A DNA stretch of 64,000 nucleotides, from the NCBI RefSeq assembly GCF_038025025.1, contig NW_027117350.1, forward strand, positions 434,001 to 498,000, in the 5' to 3' direction. A program made the position numbers and the translations under genes. Every line of letters starts with the position of its first letter. Within the stretch, counting starts at the first letter, position 1. Below are positions 1 to 13,123 of this stretch, piece by piece. This DNA comes from Phyllosticta citribraziliensis. Its lineage: Eukaryota. The notes beneath the pieces are model-generated. The model was given only the letters and a program-made list of their open reading frames with translations, did not search any database and had not been told where the DNA came from.

Positions 1-576
1 GAGGTCCTGGCGGAATCCGCAGCCTCTGCTCCGGCGGACATGGCGGCTCTTGCAAGCACGAAGCCACATGGAGCTTGGATGTGGAGAGGAGCGAGCTGTT
101 GCGCGCACAAAAGTCGCACCCGGAGGACGTCGCTGAGCGTGGTCACGATAGAATGTTTCGGTGTTGTGTTCAAGTTGCGTTAACCGCGGGCGTGTGGGGC
201 GGCAATGATCTGCATCTCTCCACCATTCCATTCGCTTATACAAACCTGTCACGTGCATTGGGGATGACGTCCTTCTCCAAAAACGTCCGTCCCCTATTAC
301 GTAGGTACTGGAAACTTCTGTTCTGGTGGCTCTGCTCTCTTCTGTTTCAACTCGTCATTTGAATTCAGCTAGAGAAGCTTCGGTACTCCTGTTGTCCATC
401 ACAAATGCAAACGCCACCCAGCATCATGCAAGCAAGTACCCCTTGGTCGAACGCTCAAGAACTGCACCTGAGCAGAATTGCCCTTTCCACTCCATGTCGG
501 ATCAGTGACCATGCCCACTTCCTCTTAGCTGTGCCACCATGATCATAAAGTCTGTTCGCCATCAAATCTTCGGCTC

Positions 577-2376
577 CTAGACCTTGTCTTTCCGGGCAGC
601 TTTCAGAGCTTCCGGATTCAACTCGGGTCCTGGCTCTGCTTCCTCCTCTTCTAGAATCATCTCATTGCTGACCTGGTCCAAATCGGCCTCTCCAATGTCC
701 CCGATGTGTTTCTTGGCTTGACCAAGAATTGATTCCGTTTCGCTGATGCCGCCCTTCTTGGTCGAGGGGTCTCCGTCCACGCCAATATTTGACTCGTTTT
801 GCCTTGCGAGGAGTGCCTCGTTGTCAAAGCGAACAATCATGCAAGACAAATTGTCCGTGGAGAAGCGCGCGAGCGCATGGTCGACAAGCGTTTTCGACGC
901 TGCCTGGGGGTCTTTGATGTTGCGAACCAAATCCACAGCCTCCTGGTCGGAGCAAACATCCCACAACTGCAAAGATTGTTAGCGTCCAATGCGCCTCGCT
1001 CTGAATCGGAAACTTACACCATCGCATGCCAATATTATAAACTCGTCCTGGTCCGGTTGTATTACGGTCTCCGTTGTGTAGGGGTGGCCCGTGACCAGGT
1101 CCTTCATGTACGCATCACCAAGCGCGCGGGTGACAGCAAGGACACCATTGACGCGGTTGTTGAGAATCAAGCCGCCCGCATTCGATATGCGCCTGCCTTC
1201 GTTTTCATCACTTCCCTTGTGATCATAAGACAGCCTCAGAGCTCTTCCTTTTCGGCACAAGACGATGCGCGCATCGCCGACATTTGCCGTGTAGAGCACA
1301 CGCTGGCGCGTGGCAACTTCGCGAAGCTTTGCTTCCGTGGGAGCGGCGTCCGCATTCTCTGGCGCGCCATCCTTGTTTGCAGATTGTCCGGCGCCTGCAG
1401 CATCCGGGCCAGCGGAACTGTCTGCTGTGGCGTCGGCTGCCGCCTTTGCCGAAGCTGCGGCGGCGAGAGGTGCGATGGAGGTGGAACCAGTTGCAGACTG
1501 CGAGTTTGGTACCCTGTCTTCCCAGCGCAATACTGCAATCACAGCAGTACAGCCGCTGTTCTTCAATGGAAGTTTTTCCAGCTGCTGATCAACGTTGGTG
1601 AAGGTCTGGTCCAACAACTCAGGAATTGGCGTGTTGGGGTGCTTTCGAATGGCGTCTTCGAGGAGGAGGTGGAGCTTTTTGCCACACCAATCGGCGGCAA
1701 AAGTGCCCGCGTGACCGTCGAATATTGCAAAATAGCCATTGTCGGTCTCGACGACGGTTTGGTCGGCCGAATCAGAGGCGCTTGTTTTCGAGTCTTGGGT
1801 GGAAATGGAGCCTTTGCGCGTCGAATCCAGGAGCGGCTGGGGAGTGCTTAGGAAGTTGTACAGGTAGGCATGGGTGTCTTCCATGGTCCTACGGCATTTC
1901 TTGTTCTTGTCCTCGGTGACGCCAACCCTGAAAGTGGAGTGGGCACCCGGTAACGAGTCCCCGGCGGAGTTGTTCTGGGAGCCTTGTGGGACGCTCAGAG
2001 CGGGGTCGGTCTTGCTCAGCCTTTGGATGGGCGTCTGGGGGCTCTTTTCCGAAGACGACGATGTAGGGGATGAGCTCTGGAGGTGCAGGGTCTGTTTGGC
2101 GCTGTTGAACATGTCGCGAGCGCGCGAGACGCCGCTGCTGCGGCGCTTCTTGTCGGAGCCCTGGTTGGTGTCTTCGGGAGACTTGGCGTTGCCATTGCCG
2201 TGGGCATTGGGCTTGGGCGGGCTTCCGGAGGCACTGGAGCGCTTGTCGGGAGCAGAGGAGCCATGGGCAGGGATGTCAATCGAGGCAGACTTGGAGTTCT
2301 CGGTGGGCGAGTGGGACTCGGGCTGGTGTTCGTCTTCCTTGGTGTCCTTCCCAGGCGTGGAAGAGCTGCCGAACAT
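577..2376 (-). CDS. PTC1: Protein phosphatase 2C, Ptc1-like
   Basis: PP2C motifs [36 protein letters not shown] and LACDG|LWDV. One intron 967-1017 (GTAAGT...GCTAAC...CAG). First ATG at 2376. Confidence 0.95.
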
Positions 2377-3325
2377 TCTGTTCAACAGTCCTCCTTGACT
2401 GGAAAAGCTCCGCCGCTTGCCTCCTGCCAGATTGATGAGTGGTGGGCACCCGGACGAGCGCAGCGGTGGGGGAGTTGGAGAGGCGGTAGTCGGCTTGGTG
2501 GTGAGGTGGAGTTCGGGGCGAGGGGGCGCAGCGCAGTGCAGTTTCAGCAAAGGCCGGGAGGGCGGAGGGGCGGGGCGAGGCGAGGCGAGCAGAGGTCGAC
2601 GGGAGTGCCTGAGGTGGTTCGCGCGCGAGTGGGTGGTACGGTAGCGAGAGGGGCGGGAAGGCGTGGTCGAGGGACAGGCACGTTGTTGTCATGCGAGTCC
2701 AGCGGGAACTGGAAGGAAAGAGGGAGGGAGGGATGGGCAGCGTGTGATGGGGAGCGATGAGTGGAACAGAGGGGGGGAGGGAGGAGAGGTGTCCAGTAGA
2801 GAGGCGACGCGGATGGCGGATGCTGGGGATGCGGGCGACAGACTGCTGCAGTGTGGACGGGAGCTGTGACAGGCGGCCGCGAGATGGCGTACCCACTGAT
2901 CGACCAGGGCGGGGCTGGGCAGACACCGAGCGGACTTCAGGTCACCGCAGGTCGTTGGTGATGCACGCGACGCTGAGGAGTGCGGTGCTACGCCTGTCTC
3001 GTCGCTGGCTTCGGTCGTCGAGCTGCTGTCTTTGAGTCTGGTCGAGCCGTCTTTGAGGCTCGCGTCACGACTCAACGACGCTTGCATTCATATCATCGCA
3101 CCCGACGGTCAGGCACGGCCAACGCATGACGTAGACCTCGTTCCATTTCACGACTCCAACACTCGACTCGACCAACACGACAGCCAAAGCGGTAACCCTC
3201 ATCTGCGCCTGCAGCGTCTATCGTATGCGTCTGCCTTGGCTTTGGCAGCCGAGCACGCGCTCCCATACATCCATGTCATCTGCCCACCATTCACACACAT
3301 ACTACTGCGCGCCAACTGACCCGAC

Positions 3326-3368
3326 TTCTGCTGCCTCTGCTGCCTCTGCTGCCTCTGCTGCCTCTGCT
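3326..3368. repeat. (CTGCCTCTG)n 9-bp tandem repeat
   Basis: About 4.5 visible copies downstream of VPS2. Confidence 0.9.
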
Positions 3369-3576
3369 TTCGGTCCGCTTGAAACTTGAAAACACTGTGC
3401 ATCACCTCCACCGACTGCTACCGCTTCCGGCTCGACCGACTCAAATCCCCCTCTGTCCGACACATGGTCGTCTGCCGTGCTGCTGCCCGGGATAGCCATG
3501 AGAACCGCCTGCTCGCCCTTCCTCCAACGCCAACCGGACAGCTGTGCATGCCAACCAACCCGTCAGCTGCACTTGA

Positions 3577-4475
3577 TCATCGCCGGAGACTATCAAGTCG
3601 TGCTTGCAGATCGTCATCATCTGCATCTCCTGCTGCTCCTCCTCCCACTGCCTGCGCTATCCGCCCTTCGCCAACCGCAGACTTTTGGAGCCCAGACGGT
3701 GTTTCGCCCAGCTGCGACGGCTTCGTTAGCACAACAACGTACTCCACACCAAGCCTCTCGCCTGATTGCACATACCGCTTGGCCAAGGTCCACGCCTATC
3801 TCATCCAGCACTTGGTTGACCACCTCCTCTCCCTCCTCCTCGTCTTCGACCCCCGTGACGTCGTCAATGGCATCGTCCATCATCTCTTGTCGTTGATCCA
3901 TAATGTCATTCTCCTTTTCAAACTCCATGGCAATCCGTTGCAGCGCAGGAAGATTCATCTGCCTGTTCATGCTGCCCAGTAACGCCGTAGCCCCCTTCAT
4001 CGACTGCATCATTTGCTCGTTGCTGCGTACCGTCTACTTGACTGTGAGCGCCTATCGTCTACACTGTGCATGCCATGTACGTACTTGTATCCGCAGAGAG
4101 ATGGCTTGCAGTTGGGTCCGCATCTGGTAGAACTTTTGAATGTACCTGGCCGACCGTTAGCCTGAACCTCCGACCAGCCCGTGTGTATCCACTGCGCACC
4201 TCCTCGTCCTGACTAAATCCTTTGCCTGGATGCGAAGAGGGCCCATCTGCCCATTCTTGGCACTCTTCTTGATGTCCTGCACCAGTTTCTTCTCTTGATT
4301 CTCCAACTTGACGCGCTCTCGGTCGAGCTCACGCTGCGTCTTCTCGAGGGCTCGTTGATGTTTGCGAAGACGCTCGGCCGGCGTCATCCGCTTGCCAAAG
4401 GCCCACTCGACAATCTGCGAGATACGGTCAGTACAGGGCCAGCGAACGCGGGGTCTGGTGTCTACGCACATTCAT
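3577..4475 (-). CDS. DID4: ESCRT-III subunit Vps2/Did4 (Snf7 family)
   Basis: MN|IVEWAFGKRMTPAERLRKHQRALEKTQRELDRER...DLQARLDSLRR. 6-nt first coding exon (4475-4470), intron 4415-4469, and three further introns near 4146-4199, 4030-4084 and 3714-3775. Confidence 0.95.
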
Positions 4476-4806
4476 GGCGGCGGTCGTGTTGCCAAGCAAA
4501 TAGCGAGCCTGGACGGGAGATCAAAGACAATTCTCCGCAAACCCACCAGAGTGGACGCAGCAGAGAAGCGGGCAAAAGTGTGGGGAGGAAGACGTGGTCA
4601 AGGTAGGCGACCGACTGCCGAGCGTGGGTGGTGTCATAGCTCGAACGGGAGTGCCCGTGATCTCGCCGAGACCGCGCCAGAATTCTTAGAGACGGACGTT
4701 GACTCCTACCACCCGTTGAAACTCTATCAACCCCTACCTGCTTCAACCTCGATCTGCCATTGCGCGACATGCGCAGATACGCTCACGACTCCAACAAGCT
4801 TCAATA

Positions 4807-7663
4807 ATGGATCCTAACAGCTCATCCTCGTCCTCTGGCAGCGGCTATGTCTCGCCTTCTGGTCGCCAGACCCCCAACCGCCACTCGGAATCCTACCTTG
4901 CGAACCAAGGCGCTCGCCGCCCGAGCTACATGACAGTTGGCACTGGCAACGTCTCCGAGAGCGCCAGAAACCTCACGGCCATGCTGAACGATGACTCTGG
5001 TTACGGGGGGAGCATCGCCGACTCGGGAAGCGCCTCGTCTGGGTGGCATCCGGGCCTCACCGAAGACCGCCCTACGCCTGCACATACGCCTGTTTTGCCT
5101 GGAGAGAACAACGCTGCATCGGAGCACGAGCGCCGCACTATTGCTAGCCATATCCACCAACTATACTACAACCAAAACCGGACAGCGCTGGGACGAAGCA
5201 TCGGCAGGACCGTCGAGACTTTGAAGAAGCTGCAGGAGATGAACAAGGACTGGCCCGCCCACTATCCGCAAGTCCAGCGTTCGGCCTCACCCGCTCGCGC
5301 TGCCAGCCCGCACGATCCCCGACCCGGCCTCCATTACACTCAGTCCACATTGGACAGTCATCGCGGCGAATCGCCAACGAGGCCTGCGCCCTTGAGACGA
5401 GCAGAGACGTCTTTGGGGGAGAGCAGTTCAGCGGCTGAATCAAGCTCCACTGCGACGCAAAGGCCGGTTGCCGAGCCACGTCTGGTTACTCCCCAGTTGG
5501 CGCAAGATTTCTCGGTCCTCAAGATCGATCTGAAGATGGGCGCATTGTCGCAGACAGAACTCGTTCATTCTCTAGAAAAGGGCGCCGTTGCGCAGCTTCT
5601 AGATGGCCAGATCACCAAGTCCATCAGGCATTTGTATACTCTTCGCGACCGCATCGACGATACCTCCAGCAAAGTACTGGTTACCGGAGATCTCAACGCC
5701 GGAAAGTCCACATTTTGCAATGCCCTGCTGAGGAGAAAGATTCTACCCGAAGATCAGCAGCCCTGCACTAGCATCTTTTGCGAAGTCCTGGACGTCAGGG
5801 AGAATGGCGGCGTAGAAGAAGTGCATGCTATTCCAATTGGATCCGTCTACAACCGCGACAACGAAGCAAGCTACGACGTTTACACGATTCCCCAACTCGA
5901 GGACATTGTCACCGAGAATGAACGCTACTCTTCCTGCAAAATCTACGTCAAGGACATTCGTGCCGTCGACGAATCACTTCTCAACAACGGCGTGGTGGAC
6001 ATCGCGCTCATCGATGCACCCGGTTTGAACGCCGACTCGCTCAAGACGACTGCGGTTTTTGCACGCCAGGAAGAAATCGACGTCGTAGTCTTTGTTGTTT
6101 CCGCCGCCAATCACTTTACCCTCTCGGCCAAGGAGTTCATTTTCAATGCCGCCCGGGAAAAGGCCTACATGTTCATGGTGGTCAATGGTTACGACAACAT
6201 TCGAGACAAGAACCGCTGTCAGGACGGGATTCTTAAACAGGTTGCCAAGATGAGCCCTGCAACCCACAAGGAAGCCAAGGAGTTGGTTCATTTCGTGTCA
6301 AGCCAAGCTATTCCGGTAGCACCACTGAAAATTCCCGAAGGTGGTGGCGGCTCTGGCTCCGGCTCAGGCTCTGGACCTGGTGGTGATCCTCATGACGACG
6401 ACGACGACTCGTCAGGGACGCCACAGGGCAAGGGCAAGGGCAAGGAGCGCGAAAAGATTAGAGACTTTGAGGAGTTGGAAAGTTCTCTCCGTCGATTTGT
6501 TCTGGAGAAACGGGCAAGATCGAAGCTGGCTCCGGCAAAGACATACCTTCTCAACGTGTTGTCGGACCTCTCTAATCTAGCCTCGATCAACAAGAATGTC
6601 GCTCAATCAGAACTCGATCGCGTAACCAGGGAACTGTCAGAGTTGGAGCCAGCATTTGAACAGTCCAAGAAGTCGCGCACAGAGGCCAGCCAGGACGCCG
6701 AACATACGATTGAGGAGACTGCGGCCGAAGTCTACGACTACACGCGAGAAACGGTTGCTACCACGATTTCTCGGGTCGCAGAGCACGACCTGGGACTTGA
6801 ATACCCTGGCCTCCTGAGTGCGTTCCAATATGCCGAAGACATCAAAGCCGCCATGCTGCAGGAGATTTCCGAAAGCGTGTACGTCTGCGAGGACTATGCC
6901 CGTGAACAGACCACAATTGGATTCCGCAGAATCTCAAGTCTCGGTATACTGCACCTTGGTGACGATTGGAGCCATCTGACGTTCCACCCCGAGAAGATGT
7001 TCCGCAAGAGGAAGGACGCTCTGTCTCGGTCTGTGGAATTTGACGTGGAGGTGTGGGACTTTTTCGACGTCGCCAACCTTTGGGAGCGCCAGGAGAAGGT
7101 TGCCGGTACCAGCATGGCCGTCACGGTCGCCGGTGTTGTTGGCACGCGGTTGGTCGGTGGCGTCAGCTGGGTTGACGGAACATTGGGTGCCATGAGACTG
7201 CTAGGATCCAACGGCCTGCGGAGGATGTTTATACCTGGTCTCATGCTGGCTGGTAAGTTCCCAAGGCTCGATATGTCAGCACTTTACTAACTTCGCATCA
7301 GTTGGCCTCGGCATCACCTACGCCCTTCAATCAATCCCCAAGTCTCTTCCCCGCCGTCTCTCAACCAAACTCTCAGCCCAACTCGACGCCCTCGACTACA
7401 CGCACGCCAACGCCGCACGCATCGCCAACGAGGTGCGCAAGGCCCTCAAGCACCCCGCCGACGAACTGCGCGTGGGCCTGCAGCGCTCGGTCGAGAAGCT
7501 GCAGGGCCAGAAGGAGAGCACCATCAAGAGCAAGCACGAGTCCGAGGTCGCGCGCAAGTACTTTGGCAACTTGGTCCGGGACGCGGGCGACATCAAGGCG
7601 GGCGTCGAGAGAGTCGACCTCGAGGGCCCCGCGCCGGGCGTCGCCGGCGTGTATCAACCGTAG
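4807..7663 (+). CDS. FZO1: Mitofusin, outer-membrane fusion GTPase
   Basis: Dynamin-like G motifs GDLNAGKST, DAPGLN and VVNGYD; C-terminal TM segments; intron 7253-7301. Confidence 0.95.
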
Positions 7664-7853
7664 AATCACGACAGTTTGGATTCCCGGTGGCGATGATGGT
7701 GGCTAATAGTCTTCTGGTCGGCAGACAGACTGACCAGGGAAGTACTGCATCTGGACGGTCGTTTGGGGAAAAGTTTGCGGCGGTCTCTCTGTTTTCCTCC
7801 CTTTTCATGCTGTCGCGCGTTTTGCTTTTTCTTTTGCGCTTTCGTCCGGCATT

Positions 7854-7884
7854 CCCCCCTCCCCCCCCCCCCCCCCCCCCCCCC
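7854..7884. repeat. Poly-C tract (poly-G on the minus strand)
   Basis: Run of more than 20 C downstream of FZO1. Confidence 0.9.
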
Positions 7885-8884
7885 TTTCCGCCTGCCCGCA
7901 TGAACATGCGCGCAGGCTGCTCTTCCCTCAATCTCGTCCTCTACCTCTCTCTCATATCTTTCTCTCTCGAACCACCTTTCCCTCGTCCTCCCATTCCATG
8001 TAGGTACACCGCTCCCCGTCTCCGTACATACCAACCACCAACCAAAGCATACCCCCATCCAGCACCATCACTACCATCACAAATACCACAGGCGCACCCG
8101 CTCGAATCACTGTACGCTGTCCTCCTCCCCCAGTCGCTCTGCCTTCTGTTCTTTGCTGCTTCTCTCTCTTTCTCTTTTGCATCGATACCATTCCCCCACC
8201 CCCACAACTGCCTGCCCTCTCCCCGCATTGAACACGACAATCCATGTTTGTATGTTATGTAGAATGACGCCAATTCAATCAATCACAAGACTTTGAAAGC
8301 GCTTTTTGAGGAAGTGTGTGCGTGCGTGCGTGCGTTCTGCTTTCGTGTATTCACGGTTACTGATCTAGTTGGTCTGTAGGCTGCCTCGCTGCTGCCTGGA
8401 CATTTGTCTGCGGAGTGAGCGGCTGGTCAGCGAGGTTTGATACACGGTACAAAGGTACATGGGCGAGCTGGTGGGCGACCCATTTCTTCTTCTGTAAAAG
8501 GTATTCTACCCAAGTCTTTGGTTTGTTTTTTGGGCGTGACATGGATGTGTTCTAGACTAAGATGATGCCGAGCGTTGCTCACAACACGTCTCACCACCGC
8601 CGCTGTCTGCCTCTCAGTCTGCAAGGGGTGGTGCATCATCACCATCCATCTACTAGCCTTTCCATCAGCCAGCGCCTCTGGACAAAGAATGGACGTATGT
8701 AGGGTACAAGTCCAGTCCAGCCCAGCAAAGCACCACTGGCAGTCCAGCTCACTCACTCACTCACTCACTCAGCCCACACAACAGCACACACAACACCCAC
8801 CGAGCCCAATCCCCATGGCCGCTCCCCAACTGACCCACGCAAACACAAGCACCACTCGCAGTCGCAGCCGTCTCATCCCTGCAA

Positions 8885-9245
8885 TACATCCTCGCGCATG
8901 CGGGATCCCATGGGCAGCCCGCCCGTCTCCCGCGCGCCCCGCGAGGGCGCATGGCAGCGTGAGGCGGGTTTCCCGCGGTCGAAAGCTGGGATAGCGACGA
9001 TGTTTACAGCGGCTGTCCCGGTCGAAACGCGCGTCACTCCTGCTCGCTCCCGCGGTCGGTCGGTCGGCATCGGCCTTGGATTTGTTTTGGCCCGTCCAAC
9101 GGATGGACGCATGCCGGCGCGTCGACTCGGTCGGTCGGTCGGTTTGCGACGGCGACCGAGCGAGGAGAGATTCTCGCTTGCTGGAGCGCCCGTTCAGCGC
9201 GGTGCTGAGCCTAGTTTGCTATCGACTGATTTATGGATGGGCCCT
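8885..9245 (+). ncRNA. Candidate structured RNA, family unidentified
   Basis: Many nested helices and two GNRA-type loops; see findings. Confidence 0.45.
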
Positions 9246-9443
9246 GTTTGGCTTGTTTTCTTGGCGACGAGTTCCAAACGGAGGACCAAACGACGGGGTG
9301 GGAATGGTGCATATGCGATGATGGGTCTTGATTTTCTCTCTTGCTGATTACCTTAATGCCGTGCCGTCTGGCATCATGATTGGTTTTTTGGATTGAACGG
9401 GGTGGTTGGTTTTCCCCCCCGCTGCCACCCCCTGTCTGCATCG

Positions 9444-10157
9444 TCACTCGGCTGCTTCCACGTCGTCGCCAAAGGACAGGGTGACCTTGGCTTTGGCCCT
9501 CTTTGTTTTCTTGGGCTTGGGTTGCTTGGAGGCGGACGAGGCGTGCTTGGGGTCGGGCTTGTTTGCGGCGCCAACGCCAGCAAGCGACGACGACGAGGGT
9601 GCTTTGGATGCTTCGTCCTCGTTTTGTTCGTCGTCGTCGTCGTCGTCGTCATGGCCAATCTTCACGGCTTTGCGCTTTTTCGAGGCGGCGCCGACAGAGG
9701 CAACTTGCTGAGGCTTCTTCTTGGCGCTCGCGTTTGTGAGCTGCTGGCCGTCTTCCTGCTTTGGGCCACTGCCGTCTGCAGAGGCGGCGGCGGCGGTGGC
9801 GTCTGTTGCACCGGTAGCAGCGCCAGCGCCGGGGTTGCCCAGGGCTTCGTATTCTGCCTTGGAGAGAGCATCACCGCTCTCCTCGAGCACGTAAGTCGGC
9901 GCGTCGTCGTCGTCGTTGGCGGACTGTCGGGCCTGGCCTCGAGGACGGATAGCAGGGCGTTCGTGCCGGTCTGTGTCTCTCCCGGCCGTCGCCTCGCCCT
10001 TGAGGCGTCGCAGAAAGGCGGGCTCGCTGCGGTCTGTGAGGCACGTGGACGTGGGCAATGGGTTAGTCGCATGAAGTTGAATGCTGGCAGGTCCAGGGGT
10101 GGTATAGCTGAGCTGTGCGCACGTACCGTAGCTCAGGTTCTTTGCATTGAAGGCCAT
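9444..10157 (-). CDS. DUF4604-like acidic/lysine-rich protein
   Basis: MAFNAKNLSY|DRSEPAFLRRL, DDAPTYV and a C-terminal K-rich stretch followed by LSFGDD. In-frame intron around 10034-10126. Confidence 0.8.
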   Translation of the reverse strand: MAFNAKNLSYGTCAQLSYTTPGPASIQLHATNPLPTSTCLTDRSEPAFLRRLKGEATAGRDTDRHERPAIRPRGQARQSANDDDDAPTYVLEESGDALSKAEYEALGNPGAGAATGATDATAAAASADGSGPKQEDGQQLTNASAKKKPQQVASVGAASKKRKAVKIGHDDDDDDDEQNEDEASKAPSSSSLAGVGAANKPDPKHASSASKQPKPKKTKRAKAKVTLSFGDDVEAAE

Positions 10158-11364
10158 TATTGATTTTGGTCTTGGGTGCGAGGTGGTTGCCGATGGGAGG
10201 GGGTGTGGGGTGGCGGGCGGGCGGCAACGAGTTCGGGGGGAAGCAGCTGCAGCACCGTTGGACGTTGGGCGCGCGACGGGTTGCTATTCTTAGCTGGGCG
10301 TGGATGAAGGGACGGGAGCGGAGAGGGAGAGATGGGTGGTCTTCGTAGGTAGTGCAGGCAGGGGTCACGTGGAGCTGCAGAACGGACTGCCTGCTGCTGG
10401 GGAATGGAGTCGGATTGGTAAAGAAGTCCAAACGGCAACGATGAAGCGGAGGCGCAGGGTGAAAATTGTGCCAGGGCCAAGCTTTTGGACAGAGAAGGAA
10501 GAACAATAATGGGCACGCAAATGCTCCTCTGGCGGTTCCATGTCGCTGTCAAGGGGTCTTTAGCCGCACGCCTAGAGCGAGTGCAGTAAGCGGCCGGCCA
10601 TGGCTGAGGTGTGGGCGACGCCAGCACCAGCTGCCGGCGGATTGACGTGCTGTGCTGCTTATTCGCGGCATGGACTTGTACGTGTAGATAAGGCGTAGGT
10701 ACAGGTACAGGTACACACACGCACAATCATTGCCATTCTCTCGTCAGTCGTCGTGGACAGACATTTGGCGTCCCCCCCTGACTCGTGCCCTGTCGCTGAG
10801 GCAGCCACACGCTCCGCACTTTGCTATCCTTGTCGCAGAGCAGGAGCGTCCAGGACACAGACGTCGCTCAGCGCTCTCGACCTTGGCGCCTCTCCTTCAC
10901 CAGCCGCGCTGCGCTCCCATCCCTCCGCCAATTGTCCTCCACCCACACCAGAGACTATTCTCTCTCTTCTTGTCCGCCCTACCACCTCCCCCCCTACAAG
11001 CCTGCCCGTCCAACCCGTCACCACCTCCTCTCTCTCCGCGCGAGGCCACCGCCCCCTTAGAGAGAGGCTCCTCCTCGCCCTCCCTTTTCGACCCGCGTCC
11101 TCTTCCAGTCGTTCGTTTTGGTCGTCGTCGTCGTCGTCTCAGGAATCTCGCGTCCTGTCGCCGTCCTTCCATCACCCGCGACCACGGCCAACCTTCCCCT
11201 AGCCCGCGCCTCGACGACTCCTTGGACAACCTCGTCTTTCTCCGGCTGCGGCGCTGAGGATCTGAACAGCTGTCGCAAGCCGGGCTCCCGACACACGAGC
11301 GGCGGAGCCCGCAGCCGCACCTCCAAACACCAACTCTGCCATAGCTCCGTCCCGAACCGCCTCA

Positions 11365-13123
11365 ATGTCGTCGTTTATCCAACGTTTATCGAAGCGCATA
11401 CCCACCTCGCGCAACGATCTTCCCACCGTCGATGACATCCACTCCAAGGCCGACAAGATATCGCCGCACTTGGCATTTTTCCGCCGCCGCATACGCCTAA
11501 AAAAGAGCTCGTCCGTCTCGATACCCCTTGGTCTTGTTCTGCTTTTTCCAGCAATTGTCATCAGCGTCATTACCGTTCTGTTTGTGCGGCATCCGTCCTC
11601 GCCAGGAAGAATACTGGTCCCCGCCGGCGCACCGCCGTCCATTAGGTACACTACAAACCCCTCCCCCAAGACGGCTGAATGGCCCATCTAACTAACGTGC
11701 GCCCTTGTAACAGGAAAATCAGCGACAAGTATGACAGAGTATTCGTGTCTGGGTGCATAGAACCTCCGAAGCCGGACGAGGACCGCCCCAAAGCCAACGC
11801 CGCTTTTGTCGTCTTGGCCAGAAACAAGGAGCTGGATGGCGTCATCCAGTCCATCAAGTCTATCGAAAGGCACTTCAACCGCTGGTTCCACTACCCCTAC
11901 GTCTTCCTCAACGACGGCGAGTTCAACGAGACTTTCAAGGAAACCGTTCTGAATCACACGAGCGCCACGGTCGAATGGGGTAAAATCGACGACTCCATGT
12001 GGGGTTATCCTGACTGGGTTGACGAGGAAGTCGCAAAAGAGGGCATCAGGAAACAAGGTGATCAGGCCATCATGTACGGTGGCATGGAAAGCTACCACCA
12101 CATGTGTCGCTTCTACTCTGGGTAGGATCCTCTTCTGCGATATTGTCCCTGGCGACTAACAGAACCTAGCCACTTTTACAAGCACCCATTGTTGCAAAAG
12201 TATACCTGGTACTGGCGTCTTGAGCCCGAGATCAAGTACTTTTGCGACATCACCTAGTATGTTTTGCAAGTCTGGGCACTCGGGGACGAAACTGACGTGG
12301 GCAGCGATCCCTTCATCCACATGGAGCGCAACAACAAGACGTACGGATTCACGATTGCTGTCAAGGAGCTCAAGGAGACTGTGCCCAACATCTTTCGGTA
12401 TGCCTCTGCTTACAAACGCACGAACAACTTGACGTCCAAGGGTCTCTGGGAAATGTTTGTCGAGAAGCCCGAAGCCAAGGAAGACCAAGATCTTCCCAAG
12501 GAGGACCCCAAGTACAAGAAGCCGCTGCCCGAGGAAATCATGAACACTGAACCCGGGTCTGGCTCTCTCCCCGACATTGACCCGGAGAGCATGGAAGGCG
12601 AGACGTACAACATGTGCCATTTTTGGAGCAACTTTGAAATCGCAAGGCTGGACTGGTTCAGGAGCAAGGAATACAACGACTTTTTCGACATGATGGATCG
12701 CAGCGGAGGATTCTGGATGGAGCGGGTACGTCACAGAATCCCAAGACCCCGTCACAAGGAAGGCTTACTAACGGAATGCAGTGGGGAGACGCGCCCATCC
12801 ATTCCCTTGCTGCTGGAGCACTTCTCGGACCGGGGGACATTCACTACTTCCGCGACTTTGGATATCGACACACGACGATTCAGCACTGTCCTGCCAACGC
12901 CCCGGCGCGCCAACTCGACCACATACCCTTTTACGAGAAGACGACGCTTGACGAAAAGAAACGCATCGAGGAAGACGAGTACTGGGCGACGCCGGACGCG
13001 GAAAAGGAAAACGGCGTTGGTTGCAGGTGCAAATGCGACACGGACATTGTGGACGTCGAGGGCAAGCAGGGCAGCTGTCTGGCCGAGTGGGTTGATGTCG
13101 CCGGAGGGTGGGCGAGTCCGTAG
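11365..13123 (+). CDS. KTR5: GT15 alpha-1,2-mannosyltransferase (Ktr5-like)
   Basis: Type II TM anchor; ANAAFVVLARN, ESYHHMCRFYSG, YNMCHFWSNFEI and ERWGDAPIHS. Introns 11646-11713, 12122-12169, 12257-12304 and 12726-12781. Confidence 0.92.

Noticed and set aside
799..1851. Long antisense ORFs (here and at 28637-29758 and 40435-41352)
   Set aside because: Shadows of GC-rich coding sequence on the opposite strand.
9020..9036. GAAAC-GCGC-GTC resembling the 3' half of a hammerhead ribozyme
   Set aside because: No CUGANGA core upstream.
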